From NCBI GenBank assembly GCA_010909165.1, contig VJWM01000063.1:1550001-1614000 (forward strand): a stretch of DNA of 64,000 nt, given 5' to 3'. This DNA is from Anthoceros angustus. Its lineage: Eukaryota > Plantae > Anthocerotophyta. The position numbers were made by a program, and so were the translations under genes. Of the stretch, positions 11,935 to 24,976 are shown piece after piece. A model generated the notes under the pieces. It worked only from the letters and a program-made list of their open reading frames with translations. It did not search any database and had not been told where the DNA came from. Numbering within the stretch: position 1 is the first letter of the stretch; each line of letters opens with the position of its first letter.

Positions 11935-12228
11935 AGAAAACGGGTCTTATGGATTGAAGCTGAAATATTGCTTCTCCAAGCAGAATAGAGAGATGACTTG
12001 CAGAGAATGTTATCAAAAGGGAACAAGGAGAAACATAAAGCTGGCCATGAACATTGGGCCAAGATTGCCACAACTATGCGGAAGAGGAATATCAAACGCA
12101 CAGCAAAACAATGTCAAGTCAAGTGGGAATCCCTACATACAGATTGGAAGAATATATTCGACCACAATCGACACCTTGGCTCTGGGAAGAGTTCGTATTG
12201 GGACCTCTCCATTCAAGACGTATGTTAA
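11935..12228 (+). pseudogene. Degenerate Myb/SANT-like (trihelix-type) DNA-binding domain, possibly a PIF/Harbinger accessory-gene relic
   Basis: KKRVLWIEAEILLLQAE*RDDLQRMLSKG...HWAKIATTMRKRNIKRTAKQCQVKWESLHTDWKNIFD...GKSSYWDLS. Tryptophan spacing matches trihelix/MADF-like domains; in-frame TAG near 11980. Confidence 0.7.
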
Positions 12229-12824
12229 ATGTATGTATCATCATGGCACTTAAGGCATACATGCCACCGTGGCGGTCATCTCGGGTTGATGCTCGCTTAT
12301 CGTTCCTAAAAATAAACCTGGTTATTTGCCGGGTTTACTCAATTACAAGACAAAGGCACCCGGCTCGGAAAGCCCGTGTCGTTTTGTGAAGACCGGCTCA
12401 GGCTCAGGTTCATGGAAACTTGCCCTTAGCCTCTACCTTTGATGCTTGTAATTCTCTCTACCCTTTTTTGCCCTCTATTTGCGTGATCATCTTACTTAGC
12501 ACCTTGGTCTTTTTGACTCGTTGCCTCACCAAGCTAGCCATGGCTACCAAGGTTGAACCTTTTCCCCCTCTTTTCTACTTCACTATGCAGCCTTACATTA
12601 GTGGATGTGCAATGAATCTCGTCTCACCAAGGATCCAGAAATGGGGCCAATGATCCATTTTTGGTGGCTAAAGAAGGGAAGGGGAAGGGGGTGTTGACCA
12701 GCACATCTTTGTGCATCCAAGAAGCTAAACCTTGATTTGATCATCTGGTCTAGTCTTCTAAACCTCAAGTTTTGATTTTTTTTAGTATGATCTAGAAGTA
12801 GCTGGATAGGTGACTCAATGGCTG

Positions 12825-15600
12825 CTAGGGTTTTTGTCTTACAGCTTCAAAATACCTCGTTTGATCAACACAAGATACTTCGTGCTCTGTGAGACTGACC
12901 TGGCTATGAATGGGTCGTTGTTCGTGGTGCATTTTTTGTCTGGATGCCTCATATAACTCATCTTGTTCTGTTTTTAGTTCATGAAAATCACCCTCATTGT
13001 GGCAGTCATGATCGTATTGCAAGGGATTACAATCTTCGTCAACATTTCTAGCCACACATAACTCATTTTGATAACTTAATTCTTCCAACACTCTATGCAC
13101 ATTCCTTATAGTTTCTTGGCCTTCTGTAAGAAAATTTGAATAAAGTGAAGACAATGATTTTCTAAACAGTGTTTGAGTTTTCTCATGGTTTTCTACATTT
13201 GTAAGATTGTTCTCTTTGAGCTTGTTTGAAGAAAACGACTCCATTGATTCATTGAATATTTTCTTTGTTGTAACCAGATCAAGTTCATGAGAATTTTCCA
13301 AGGCTTTAGGTGCATGATTATCTGCAATACCTTGAAACACATATATTCTTTGAGTGGAGTTGTGGATACGTCCATCAATGACCTCAACACTACCAGGAAT
13401 CACATTCTTTATTTGTGAAGTTTTGTTCCGACTCGTCAATACTCTTTGAAGACTTATTGTAAGTCTTTTGTGCACGTACTTCGCATAAATTTTCTTTTTC
13501 TCTCTTTGTACCTGAATTAAACTAGAAATTAAGCCAAAAGATCTAAAAATTAAGCCGAAAGGTCTAAAAATTAAGTCAAGGAATTAAGACAATTGTGATT
13601 ACATATGTAGTAATACACTTATTTATATGGAATGGGTTTAAAAGATATAAATACTTCCTCGTATACAGTTTTCATCATATAACCTTGAAGATTTTAGGAA
13701 TGTGAATAACTTTGAAAATGATGGTTATGATTCTCTTCATGGGTGACACAAGACATAACTTCATTCCTTTCATAGTCCTCAATAGTTATTGAACTTGATG
13801 AACCCCTGATTTCGTAGCCTTTCTCCAAAGAGTTGAATAAGAGTTCTACTGATTCTTTTAGGCAATGAATACCTTGAGAATTGAAAGATGTCCAATTAGT
13901 CATGTTGATATATTATACATGACAACAATTCACATGAATTTAACAAACCCATAGCATCAACAAATTTGAATTACTACTCACTGTCAATAGTTTCATCAGA
14001 ATAATCGTTTGACTCCAAATGTTTTATTTTTCTACCCAAAGATGTAGATAAACTTTCATTCACATTGCATGAATTTTCAGTTTTTTCATGAGCATAATCA
14101 TTTAAAAACTGTGTGTTTTGTATTGGTTTGATATTTGCTTTAATATTTTTAGTTTGAACTTCATCTAGTTCTACAAGCACATTTGGATGCCCATTGTCAT
14201 CCAATTCATCACTTGTATCACTACAAATGGATGCAACAACTGATTTGAAAAGCATTGGGGCATCTAAGGATACCCAGATCTTAGATGTTTCACTGTTTAA
14301 TATTTGACTGTTTTGTGTTTCGTAGATTTTTCCCAAAACAGTACTACCTTGAGAACCAGTTTTTTGCATTATTCCCATTTGTATACCTTGCATTGAAATA
14401 TTACAAGGATCTATAAGCTCATGAGCTTTCGTGCAATCCAATTCTAAATCGCCATCGTCATCGCTACATATTGATGCCACCGAGCTCTTGAACAAGTACT
14501 TTGCTTCTTCTTCACTCAATGGAGGAATTGATTCCTTGTGTACTTTGCCAATATTTGTTGGATTAGCTCCAAGAATATCAACATTTTCTTGTTCTTCTCT
14601 AAGTTTATATGTGGTACTTAGTCTATCACAATTTATACCGGATGAACTTTGACGCCCTGTATGTCAAATTCGTCTTGATAACATAGCTGGTGTAGTTTTT
14701 TTGCTTGGAATTTTTGATTCCAAACAATTCCTAATTTTCTCTCTAGTATCTATCATGTTCTGAGAAGTTGTATGTTCTTCTCCATCTGCCGTTCTTGAGA
14801 CGATATTTGCTTTTCTTTCCATCATATTTGGTACAATTAGAATGGTCTTTACTTGATTGGATATTGGAGAATTCATGTGAACATTTTATCATTTCATTAT
14901 TTATGGTAGCCGGATCTTCTTCTCCCAATTCAAACTGACTTTTAATCCACTCATCTATTTCTGCACTTTTTAACGTTTTGCCACTTGTTACGGATTCTCC
15001 ATAACCTGACATACTCATAGTTTTCCCAACTAATCCTTGTTGTGAACGATTGTCAACTCGTTTTGATCCACCATAAAATGAGCTACTTTTAGATGTAGTT
15101 TTCAAAGGACAAATTACATTTAGAATTGCTTTGCTATCTTTTGTGGAATATGATTTTGGATGAAATGTGCTTACAGTCAAATCATCCTCCTTTTTGAATT
15201 CTTCTTCTTTGCTTATTGTACTTCCATGAGGTGGTGTTATAATATTACTATCTATTTTAGCTGTACATTCGTTTGCAAATATGATCGTGCTAGGTACTTG
15301 CAATCTTGGAGATTGATTCAAGGACACTTCCGTACTTTTGGAAAAATTGGAAGCCTTTTCCAAGAGTTTATTATTAAGTTCTTGGAGCCTAGTCCAACGA
15401 ATTAGAGAAAGTAAGATATATTGAAAAGAGTTATCCATTAAAATAATTTTTCTATCCACAATATTAATACTCAATAATTACAGAGATATAAAACTTACTT
15501 CTTCTTCTTGATTGTGAAAATGGGTTTCATTATGCCTTGTATCAAAAGTGTCAGAGCTACATCTTGTAGACTGATATGATTGACTCATACCATACGCGCC
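12825..15600 (-). CDS. Uncharacterised AT-rich multi-exon gene encoding a large Ser/Asn/Glu-rich low-complexity protein
   Basis: Successive same-strand ORFs 14743-15474, 13974-14519, 13694-13903, 12825-13475. In-phase splice from ...MKPIFTIKKK|GTAAGT into AG|(K)LQELNNKLLEK. No recognisable domain; exon ends approximate. Confidence 0.55.
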
Positions 15601-16741
15601 AAACTACTTGAGGTTATTAAATAATTAAGTACAAAGTTGAAAAGCTGCTCTACCAAAATATACTTATAAGAGAGTAATCCTATAACTCTTTTGCATGTAG
15701 CTACCTACTTTCACAAGCAATTTCTGTTCACTATATTTTTAATACAGAAAATAATTAAATTAATTTTTTTTAAATAGATGAAAGGTAGTCTTGAGGTACA
15801 TTAAATGAATTTTATTGATCTATATATGAGTTATGTATATCAAATGGTTTTTGAGACTTATTTATTCGAGAATTATTCGAATAACCATTATGCCTTTTTC
15901 ACTTCCCACGACAGGCAAAGGAATGCACGACAACGAAGGCCATGCCTTCATCCCCTTGCTATCGAGACTCTCGGGCTAAAGCAAGGATTCCTCGAGGTTC
16001 ATCAAGGCCTTTGCTAAAGCCTACCATAACCACAAGAATGACGTTGGTCTCCTCCTTTCCTTGTGGTGACTTTCTTCAAGCAACGGGTATCTATCGCCCT
16101 GCAGAGGGCATTGGCCAACGAAGTATAGAGTACGGCAGCGTCCCCCAGGACTCGTCATCTTCGGCATCAGTGGTAGGCAGGCCCGTTCTTATCCTGAACC
16201 ATGACATTCTTAGAGCAATAGGTAGTTTCAAGATGGTTAGTCATGGGGGCTACTTCCCTTGGCTGGGGTCTCCAAAGGTTGTTCCCCTTCCCTGCAAAGA
16301 AGAAAATTCCTAAGCTCCCATTGTAAATTCCCAAGTTTGTACATACTTCGGGATTGAAGTACAAAAAGCATCAAAACTAGTATAGCAGCACGGTGCGTGG
16401 AAATTAGTGGGGGACACACCAAGTTGGTTCTATTTTTCGAACCACATGGGCATGCAGATCTCGGTGAGCTGGTATTTGTGGATGCAAGAGCAACACAGAC
16501 ATTTTTTTTGGGGAATTGGTTATGCAAAAACAACGCTTATTCACTTCAAATAGCCGGAAAAGGGTCAGGCTTTCTGGGGTTAAAGATTTGTCCTATGGTT
16601 CCCGTGGTTGAGTTTCATAGGTTGCCCAGATTCTGTTGAGAATGAAAATGCAAATCAGGCGGAGCTGTGGGGGATGGCTCAGTGAGGAGTCGGAGGCACC
16701 AAAGAAAGATGCCAGCTCAGAAGGTCTGCATACTTTGCTTT

Positions 16742-16876
16742 GGTTTACCAGTGATGCAAACTCATGGCCACACCTTGCCACTTTGCTTCTGGTGTACCAG
16801 TGATGTATCGTCAAGGCCACATCTTGTCACTTCGCTTCTGGTTTACCAGTGATGTCACCTCATGGCCACACCTTGA
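16742..16876. repeat. 49-bp tandem repeat, ~2.7 copies
   Basis: GGT(T/G)TACCAGTGATG...GGCCACA(C/T)CTTG units start at 16742, 16791 and 16840. Confidence 0.85.
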
Positions 16877-17552
16877 TGCGAACTTGTACTAAACTCCTCG
16901 TACTCAGACAAGGAGCCTTCTAGTCACACATGTATGCAGGTGCTGCCGGAGGAAGACAGGCTCCTCGTCAGAAGGACAAACGTGACATGCGCGTCTTCCT
17001 CAGCGGAGCATTGAATGAAGGCCATAACATTGAAGCACCCAAAGGAAGACATAACAAGGAAAAGAACCAACAACGTAGGATTGTTTTTTGGTGTGTTCCA
17101 CTTCTACCCAGCCGAGCATTCAAAATGTGTCCAGTTCAGGGGACGTTGTCCAGTTGTTAGGTTGGAGAGATTTCTGTACATCAAAAATACATGTGGATGC
17201 ATGTGTATGTCGATGAGCATATACAAGAGGGGCGGTCCATCTGCATCATCCAGAACACTGTAAGTTGGCTTGCGGAACAAACATGCACGTCATTGCTAAA
17301 AACAAAGCCATTCCAAGAACTCTACTCTTGCAAACCATCTGACCAGCATCGAGAGCTCTACCGCTCAGGTTCAAAGAACATGCTTGACAACTCGGACACT
17401 ACCAGTCATGTTGAGGCATGAAGATGCCTGTCAAAGTTGTCAATGCTGAAAGAAAGCCATTCCAGATCTGTTCTCACAACAAAAGAACCCCACCTCCGAC
17501 AACCATGCGTCGATGCAGACGCCGCGGAAAGCGCTCAAATGTAGCCACACGA

Positions 17553-18158
17553 CTAATATCCACCACCTAGGCTGGTGAAGTGTTTCTTGGAGGCACGATC
17601 TTTCTGATGATGCTTGTCATATGCACGTCCCCTCCCTCTGCCTGGACCGCCACCACCTCTTCCCCGACCAGCTCCTGCTTCTCCTCGTATTGTGTTGTGA
17701 ATAGCTTCGATTTCCTCTTCCTCAGAGGACTCTTCCTCGGACTCTTCCACATTTAGGGGAACATTACCACCCGGTCCCAGACCGTAAATGGTTTCCTCCT
17801 GCACTTTCATCAGAGCCTCCGCTTCCTGCACGCTTCCCACCTCTACAGATCCCGGCACCTGCATTGGCAGAAAACGTCCGATCACGAGATGCAAACTCTC
17901 GAAATCGAAGAAGACTGTTTGCAGCAAGCTTGATCTGAGTACCTTGTAGCTGTAGTTCTTCCCGTCCTTGACGTAGAACTTTGCCTTCGGCGCATCCTCC
18001 TTCGCCTTGCCCTTACTCCCGGAGCCTGACTTTTCCTGGCTCTTTCCTCCCGCTGCTGGGGCCTTGCTTTGTACAGTGTTCTGCTTGGTAGGCTTAGAGT
18101 CTGCCTTCCCTTTCTGCTGGCCTCTCGTTGCTGCTACCTTCCCTTGTCCTCCAGCCAT
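17553..18158 (-). CDS. Small basic/acidic protein resembling only the C-terminal tail of the plant ASCC2/CUE-domain protein (~173 aa, 2 exons)
   Basis: Exons 18158-17943 and 17858-17553 (GT-AG, phase 0). KFYVKDGKNYSYKV-PGSVEVGSVQEAEAL...IYGLGPGGNVPL and GRGRG...HHQKDRASKKHFTSLGG, recalled from plant ASCC2 homolog C-termini. Confidence 0.75.
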   Translation of the reverse strand: MAGGQGKVAATRGQQKGKADSKPTKQNTVQSKAPAAGGKSQEKSGSGSKGKAKEDAPKAKFYVKDGKNYSYKVLRSSLLQTVFFDFESLHLVIGRFLPMQVPGSVEVGSVQEAEALMKVQEETIYGLGPGGNVPLNVEESEEESSEEEEIEAIHNTIRGEAGAGRGRGGGGPGRGRGRAYDKHHQKDRASKKHFTSLGGGY

Positions 18159-18354
18159 CGCAGTGTCCACGCCGTCGCTCTTTCCTCTACAATTTTGATA
18201 TGAATTGTGCAACGGGAAAAGGGCAACAGTTCAGGCTGCATCCTTAACCCGTGAACCGAACATGTACATATTGCAACGGACTCCGTTTTCAACGTGACTG
18301 CATCCTGCCTTTCCCATAGCTGGGAATCGATTCCACACTGAGCGTAGGAAGGCG

Positions 18355-21300
18355 ATGGCGGTCGCCATGGAGAGGGCTGCCTCGTCCTTCCATGCACCTA
18401 CAGTGGTGGAAGAGCTTCCACGGTTAGAGATCAACTGGAGCTCGTCATTGGGTGTCTCTCGCCTTGCGGGCAGAGCATGTGGCTCTCAATTTGTAGGGCT
18501 GGGTCTGAAGGTGAGACAGAGGAATGCTCTTGCTTTGGAATGTGAGAGCCAAATTAATTTTTTTGCCTTCTATTTTGCAGCTATGCCACAATGGGGCGTT
18601 GGTGAATGCCAAATGGCTATCAAGATCTGTGGGGGTGAGGTGTCGTGCTGAACCTCACTCAGGGGAATCCGTGGTCGATGATACTGTGGTGGTGAAAGGA
18701 GATGCTCAGGAGTTGTTGAAAGCGCCCGTTGCTGGTAATTTGCCGCTGTGACATTTGCATACTCTTACCCTGAAGCGGGTGGCGCTCTGTGGTGCCAAGC
18801 TGCTGAGGCTTGGACTGGTCATCAGAATGGTAAGAATTCGGTCTCTCTCAGCTGTACAGGAAAGAGAGCTGAGCGTCTCAACACAGCTGCTGCAACTGGA
18901 TAATACGTTTGATCCCTATGACGCTCTTAGCACTCCCCTTTACCAGACAGCGACCTTCAAGCAGGCATCCTCTTGCTCCATTGTGTTTGAGCGGGGTCAC
19001 TTGAATTTCCAGAAGCTGAGTTGTGAATCTCTTGCATTTCCTTTCTGTTGATGCCAGCCATCAGCCACAGAGAATGGCCAGTATGACTATACAAGGAGTG
19101 GCAACCCGACACGTGATGCACTGGAGAAGTGAGTAAGGTCGTTTTGTAGCAGATTTGCTCTTCCATGCATTCGTTACAATTAAGTTGACAGTGGACAATC
19201 AGATTGGTTGCTCAGCTTGAGGGTGCGGATCGAGCATTCTCCTTCAGCACTGGGATGGCTGCTTTGGCTACTGTGACACATCTGGTTCAGGCAGGTGAGA
19301 CATGGCTAATGTATGCTTGTTTAGTCTCCCGTCTGAACAAATCTGAGCGTTCTTATCATGGATTGTGTTTGTGTGCAGGGCAGGAGATTGTGGCTGGTGA
19401 TGACATATATGGGGATCTGATAGGCTACTGTCGAGAGTTGTGCCAAAGTCCGGTGTCATCGTGAAGTAAGCAATCATTGTTTCCATGCGTGAGTCCTTTT
19501 CACTGTTTGGCATCATCTTTGTTTTGATTGCTGCTGGTGTTATATTTAGGAGAGTAGACACAAGCAATTTGGAAGAAGTGAAAGCTTCTATTGGGCCTGA
19601 GACAAAGCTCGTCTGGCTAGAAAGTCCAACCAACCCACGACAGCAGATATCTGATATCCGGGTTTCTCATCCTATCACACTGCCTTAATTATCTTGTTTT
19701 GTGATTCATCATTAGGAACGTCCCTAAAACAGGTTAGCAACTGACCGTGGGCAGGCAATATCAAAGTGGCACACGAATACGGAGCCATTGTGATTGTTGA
19801 CAACAGCATCATGTCTCCGGTTCTTTCCAAACCACTGTCCCTCGGAGCAGGTGCTTTAATAACTACTGTGTTGCTGAGTGGTTTTGGATTGGTTGGCTTC
19901 AACCTTCTCATGTCAGTGCTTGTGCAGACATTGTGATGCACTCAGCCACAAAATTCATTGCGGGTCACAGTGATGTGATGGCGGGGATCCTGGCTGTGAA
20001 GGAGATGCTCAGGAGTTGTTGAAAGCGCCCGTTGCTGGTAATTTGCCGCTGTGACATTTGCATACTCTTACCCTGAAGCGGGTGGCGCTCTGTGGTGCCA
20101 AGCTGCTGAGGCTTGGACTGGTCATCAGAATGGTAAGAATTCGGTCTCTCTCAGCTGTACAGGAAAGAGAGCTGAGCGTCTCAACACAGCTGCTGCAACT
20201 GGATAATACGTTTGATCCCTATGACGCTCTTAGCACTCCCCTTTACCAGACAGCGACCTTCAAGCAGGCATCCTCTTGCTCCATTGTGTTTGAGCGGGGT
20301 CACTTGAATTTCCAGAAGCTGAGTTGTGAATCTCTTGCATTTCCTTTCTGTTGATGCCAGCCATCAGCCACAGAGAATGGCCAGTATGACTATACAAGGA
20401 GTGGCAACCCGACACGTGATGCACTGGAGAAGTGAGTAAGGTCGTTTTGTAGCAGGATTTGCTCTTCCAGGCATTCGTTACAATTAAGTTGACAGTGGAC
20501 AATCAGATTGGTTGCTCAGCTTGAGGGTGCGGATCGAGCATTCTCCTTCAGCACTGGGATGGCTGCTTTGGCTACTGTGACACATCTGGTTCAGGCAGGT
20601 GAGACATGGCTAATGTATGCTTGTTTAGTCTCCCGTCTGAACAAATCTGAGCGTTCTTATCATGGATTGTGTTTGTGTGCAGGGCAGGAGATTGTGGCTG
20701 GTGATGACATATATGGGGGATCTGACAGGCTACTGTCGAGAGTTGTGCCAAAGTCGGGTGTCATCGTGAAGTAAGCAATCATTGTTTCCATGCGTGGAGT
20801 CCTTTTTCACTGTTTGGCATCATCTTTGTTTTGATTTGCTGCTGGTGTTATATTCAGGAGAGTAGACACAAGCAATTTGGAAGAAGTGAAAGCTTCTATC
20901 GGGCCTAAGACAAAGCTCGTCTGGCTAGAAAGTCCAACCAACCCACGACAGCAGATATCTGATATCCGGGTTTCTCGTCCTATCACACTGCCTTTGATTA
21001 TCTTGTTTTTGTGATTCATCATTAGGACCGTCCCTAAAACAGGTTAGCAACTGACCGTGGGCAGGCAATATCGAAAGTGGCACACGAATACGGAGCCATT
21101 GTGATTGTTGACAACAGCATCATGTCTCCGGTTCTTTCCAAACCACTGTCCCTCGGAGCAGGTGCTTTAATAACTACTGTGTTGCTGAGCGTTTTTGGAT
21201 TGGTTGGCTTCAACCTTCTCATGGCAGTGCTTGTGCAGACATTGTGATGCACTCAGCCACAAAATTCATTGCGGGTCACAGTGATGTGATGGCGGGGATC

Positions 21301-22312
21301 CTGGCTGTGAAGGGAGAGAGGTGTGTATTTGTAGCTGCTTCACCATGAATCGTAACTTAGATGGTGAGGGCTGATTCTCTCTTAGTTTGCCCGCGTTGCA
21401 GCTTGGCGAAAGATATCTACTTCCTCCAAAATGCAGAGGGGACAGGTCTAGCACCGTTTGATTGCTGGCTGTGCCTCCGGGGCATCAAGACAATGGCTCT
21501 GAGGGTAGAGAAACAGCAGGTGCTCAGATGCAGATATCCACTTATCTGTTTGCTTTGTACTCTCTCCCTTATCACTCCTGCTGAGATGTTGTCAGTTCAA
21601 CAGGCCAGTGCACAGAAGATCGCCGAATACCTGGCAGGACACCCACTCGTCAAACGAGTGAACTATGCGGGGCTGCCTGGCCACCCTGGGCGTGATCTCC
21701 ACTTTGCTCAGGTGACCCACTGCACACTGTCCAGCCGTTCCACAAACCTTATACCGAATAATGAGGTTGCTGATATGCTCTGGACAACAGTGCAAAGGTG
21801 CAGGCTCCGTGTTGAGCTTCACTACAGGGTCCCTGGAGATCTCCAAGCACATTGCAGAACAGACCAAGCTTTTCAGCATCACTGTAAGCTTTGGTAAGCT
21901 GATCCTCACATCCCTGGGCTGATGTAGATTCCCCTTCACTGTCCACGTGTGAATGATGGACTCGTTCACGTACACATCCTGATGCAGGTAGCGTGAAGTC
22001 GTTAATCAGCTTACCGTGCTTTATGTCTCACGCTAGCATTCCAGCAGAGGTTCGGAACGCGAGAGGCTTGTTCGAGGACTTGATCCGTCTTTCAGTACGT
22101 GCCATCGACCAGTCACTCTCTTGTGTAGGCCCTTGTAGGTTATCTAACATCTACCGAATGCCTCTGGGCTATCCCTGTCATGCCTGTCCTGACCAGCAAG
22201 TCCTCCGTTCATGGGTGCCACTGGCCTTGTCACTTGGCAGGTGGGCATAGAAGACGTGGACGACCTGATTTCAGATTTGTTCAATGCTCTCAGCACAGCT
22301 CCCCGGCATTAG
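18355..22312 (+). CDS. CBL: Cystathionine beta-lyase (plastid, PLP-dependent), with an internal 1.3-kb duplication in this sequence
   Basis: [75 protein letters not shown]-lysine motif [58 protein letters not shown]. Stop TAG at 22310-22312. Confidence 0.95.
18698..21311. repeat. Tandem duplication of a 1303-bp internal segment of CBL
   Basis: 18698-20000 is repeated at 20001-21311. The copies differ mainly by 1-nt indels; junction microhomology GTGAA-GG-AGA. Confidence 0.95.
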
Positions 22313-22628
22313 CATCCGGTCACGGCAACAGGATATAGCAACACGTTACATTTGCTTCTTCTTGTCAGGCCATGATCTGTCATTGTTTGTCCGAGACTGT
22401 CATGTATGGCCCCAGGCTCGGCTGAAGCTAACGTGGCCACATCTGATGACAGGCACCCAGGGCACGATGAACAATATGACTGACACTCGGGTAACTGATC
22501 TGTACGGTGAAACCAAAACGCCTGCTTCGTCATTATGTGCCCCTCCCAGCACCAAGTTCTTTGCAGGTGGAAAGATGCAACACATTCTTTGCTGCCCGTG
22601 TCTGCATGTATGCGTGCCACTTGCATGC

Positions 22629-22658
22629 CCACTTCCACTTCCACTTCCACTTCCACTT
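22629..22658. repeat. (CCACTT)5 microsatellite
   Basis: Read directly from the sequence. Confidence 0.95.
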
Positions 22659-24976
22659 CCGCAACGCTTTCATGCCCATCGTGATGACCCACCTGCTCCT
22701 ACACCTTTTCACTCTCCTGACTCCTAACAAGGTGGGCTGTACCCCATGACGATTCACGTCGGCACAGATGTACCTTCTGCTCATGCGACTTCACTGCCCG
22801 GGTCAGGCCAGTGCAGAGGAGAGAACCCTGGTGCAGGTTGACTTCTTTCTCCGTTTCTCCTTCTCGATTTTAGCAGAGCATGTCGGATTGGAGGCAGAAC
22901 TGGGGGAAACACGGATGGCATGCTCCTCCTCCTCCTGGTAAAGGAAGTCCTGGGCTCTGTGGGCAGAGAGTCGGCGTCTGTTTTAGGCTGCACCGACCGT
23001 CAGGAAAGGGAAACCCCAAAGTCGACTCGTGAGTCGTGAGGCCCTGAACTCCTGGAGCCCGCCATCTCCTGGGTGGCATCTGACTGACCTGGGTTCCGCT
23101 CTGACAAAGGGTCGCTTCCCTCGTGCCCGCATGCCCTCCCCGTCGGTGGTGCCTTATCTGGCCGCAGATATTTCAACGGAAAAATACCCGCCCAGCGCCC
23201 ACCACCGACCATGAGCACTGCTGGGCTACGTCAATGGCGCGCAACGGAACGGAACGGTTTATGGAGGAAAGAAAACGGAAGGCGATTATGAAAACGAGAC
23301 GGCGTGGGTAACACGTTTGCGCCGCTCGTTAAAGGCGGAGGGCAGCAAAACCGTCCGCACTCATGGAAGTTGGAGGCTCTCATTGAATGCACCCGGACGG
23401 CACTCCGGCGAAACTGTATCCGCCGAGGCGGCACTCGCAAAGCTCAGTATTCTATATGCACTCCCTTCTTCTTCTTCTTCCCATCCCTAAGTCTTTGTTG
23501 GGGCCAAAGGTTAAGTATTTTGAGGTAAAGAAAGCGCAGATTTTTATTAATTAGGTGAATAATAAGTAATAAAAATTAATAATATAGGTGCTAAAAAATT
23601 GTGCTCGGAAAAAAAACCTTGTACATATGAAGAAGAAAAATTTTATTTAAGTCCACTAAGGACGGATAGACTTGGTACTTAACAGCTTGTACCATGGTGT
23701 GTGGTGTGCCTAAACTAAACTACTTGCACGAAGGGCATCCACTCCCTTTAAGCATCCCATCTAAGTACTGATCTAAGCTCAGGATGCTTAATCACGAGGT
23801 TCTTATAAATGTGTGTCCATTTGGCCGAAGAGACCTATAATGTAAGCATTGGAGCCTGGTATGAAGATAGGACACATCCAGCTTCTGACTTCGAACACAT
23901 CCCAAAAAATATCCTGTGGGGATACGTAGTTACGTACCCCCGACGGGTAAAACGTTGGGATTTTTGAAAATAAAAGGCTGCGCTTGTTTGAATTGTAGGA
24001 CGGGACGGCGGAACGGGCGCTCGGGACGGCGTTAGAGACAAAGAACAAATTAGCAGAAAAAGTTTTGGCAGGCCTCGGCCCACGGCCGGGACAAGGGAGT
24101 GCGTCGGAGCGTAAAGGTCGCGAAGCCAGGCCACTGCCACTGCCGCTGCCGCTGCCCCTGCCGCGGCCCCTCCCGGTGCGTTGCATGCAGCACGGCCTGG
24201 CCCGGGCAAGAGTGAGGTGAGGCGGTTGCAGTGCAATTCACGCTCTGTGTCATCCTCGATTGCTATGAGCGGCAGCGGGGCAGGCCAGGCATGCCGGGCC
24301 TGCCAATTTTGGATTCACGCTCAGCTCTTGCTGCGATTTGAGCCTGCCTTCCGCTCGGCCTCACATCCGGCTCGCGTCTTGCCCCTTGGTCTCGGTGGGA
24401 TTCGAATTCGTGAAGCTGCCGGTGGAGCGCAGCAGGCGAGGCTTTGGTGCTGGATGGGGGCACGGGGGATGGCTGAGGTTGGAATTCGGCAGGAGCTCTG
24501 CTTGATTTGTGAAGCGTGCTGCGGAGGACGTTCCGGATGCAGGATTCCCGCCGTTTTAGGCTTTCTTGACTGCGTGGCGGCCGAGGTCCTTGTTTTGCTT
24601 AGTGTTGTGTCTGGCTGAGTGAGGTTCAATTTGCAAAGGCTGTTTGCAGAGTTGTGAGGATGAAGGTTTGACTGTGTGAGTTTGCTGATCGGCGTGCTGT
24701 GTGCCGGTTTGCTGTTTCGTTTGTCGTTTCTTGGTTCGCTGACGGAGAGCCTTTGCTTCTTCTCCACAATTTGGAGCAGGTGTGAAGGAGGTGGAAGGCT
24801 TGCACGTATGTGCAGCTCCCGGCAGTGCGGGGATTCGGAGGATTGCATCTAATTTTGGCGGAAGTAAGTTGCTCAGCAAGTGTTCTGGAATTTCAGTGGC
24901 GAATGAATTCGCGCATTCGGTGCGTGTCGACCCTGATCTGTGATCAGCGCACCATTTGACACAACGGAAGTCGAGT

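Noticed and set aside
15800-17450. Short ORFs in 15.8-17.4 kb
   Set aside because: Stop-interrupted with no recognisable motifs; possibly old repeat debris, but unsupported.
22284-23530. Small ORFs between CBL and the GT32 promoter (e.g. KWKWKW / EVEVEV frames)
   Set aside because: Produced by the (CCACTT)n microsatellite; no domain or coherent splice model.
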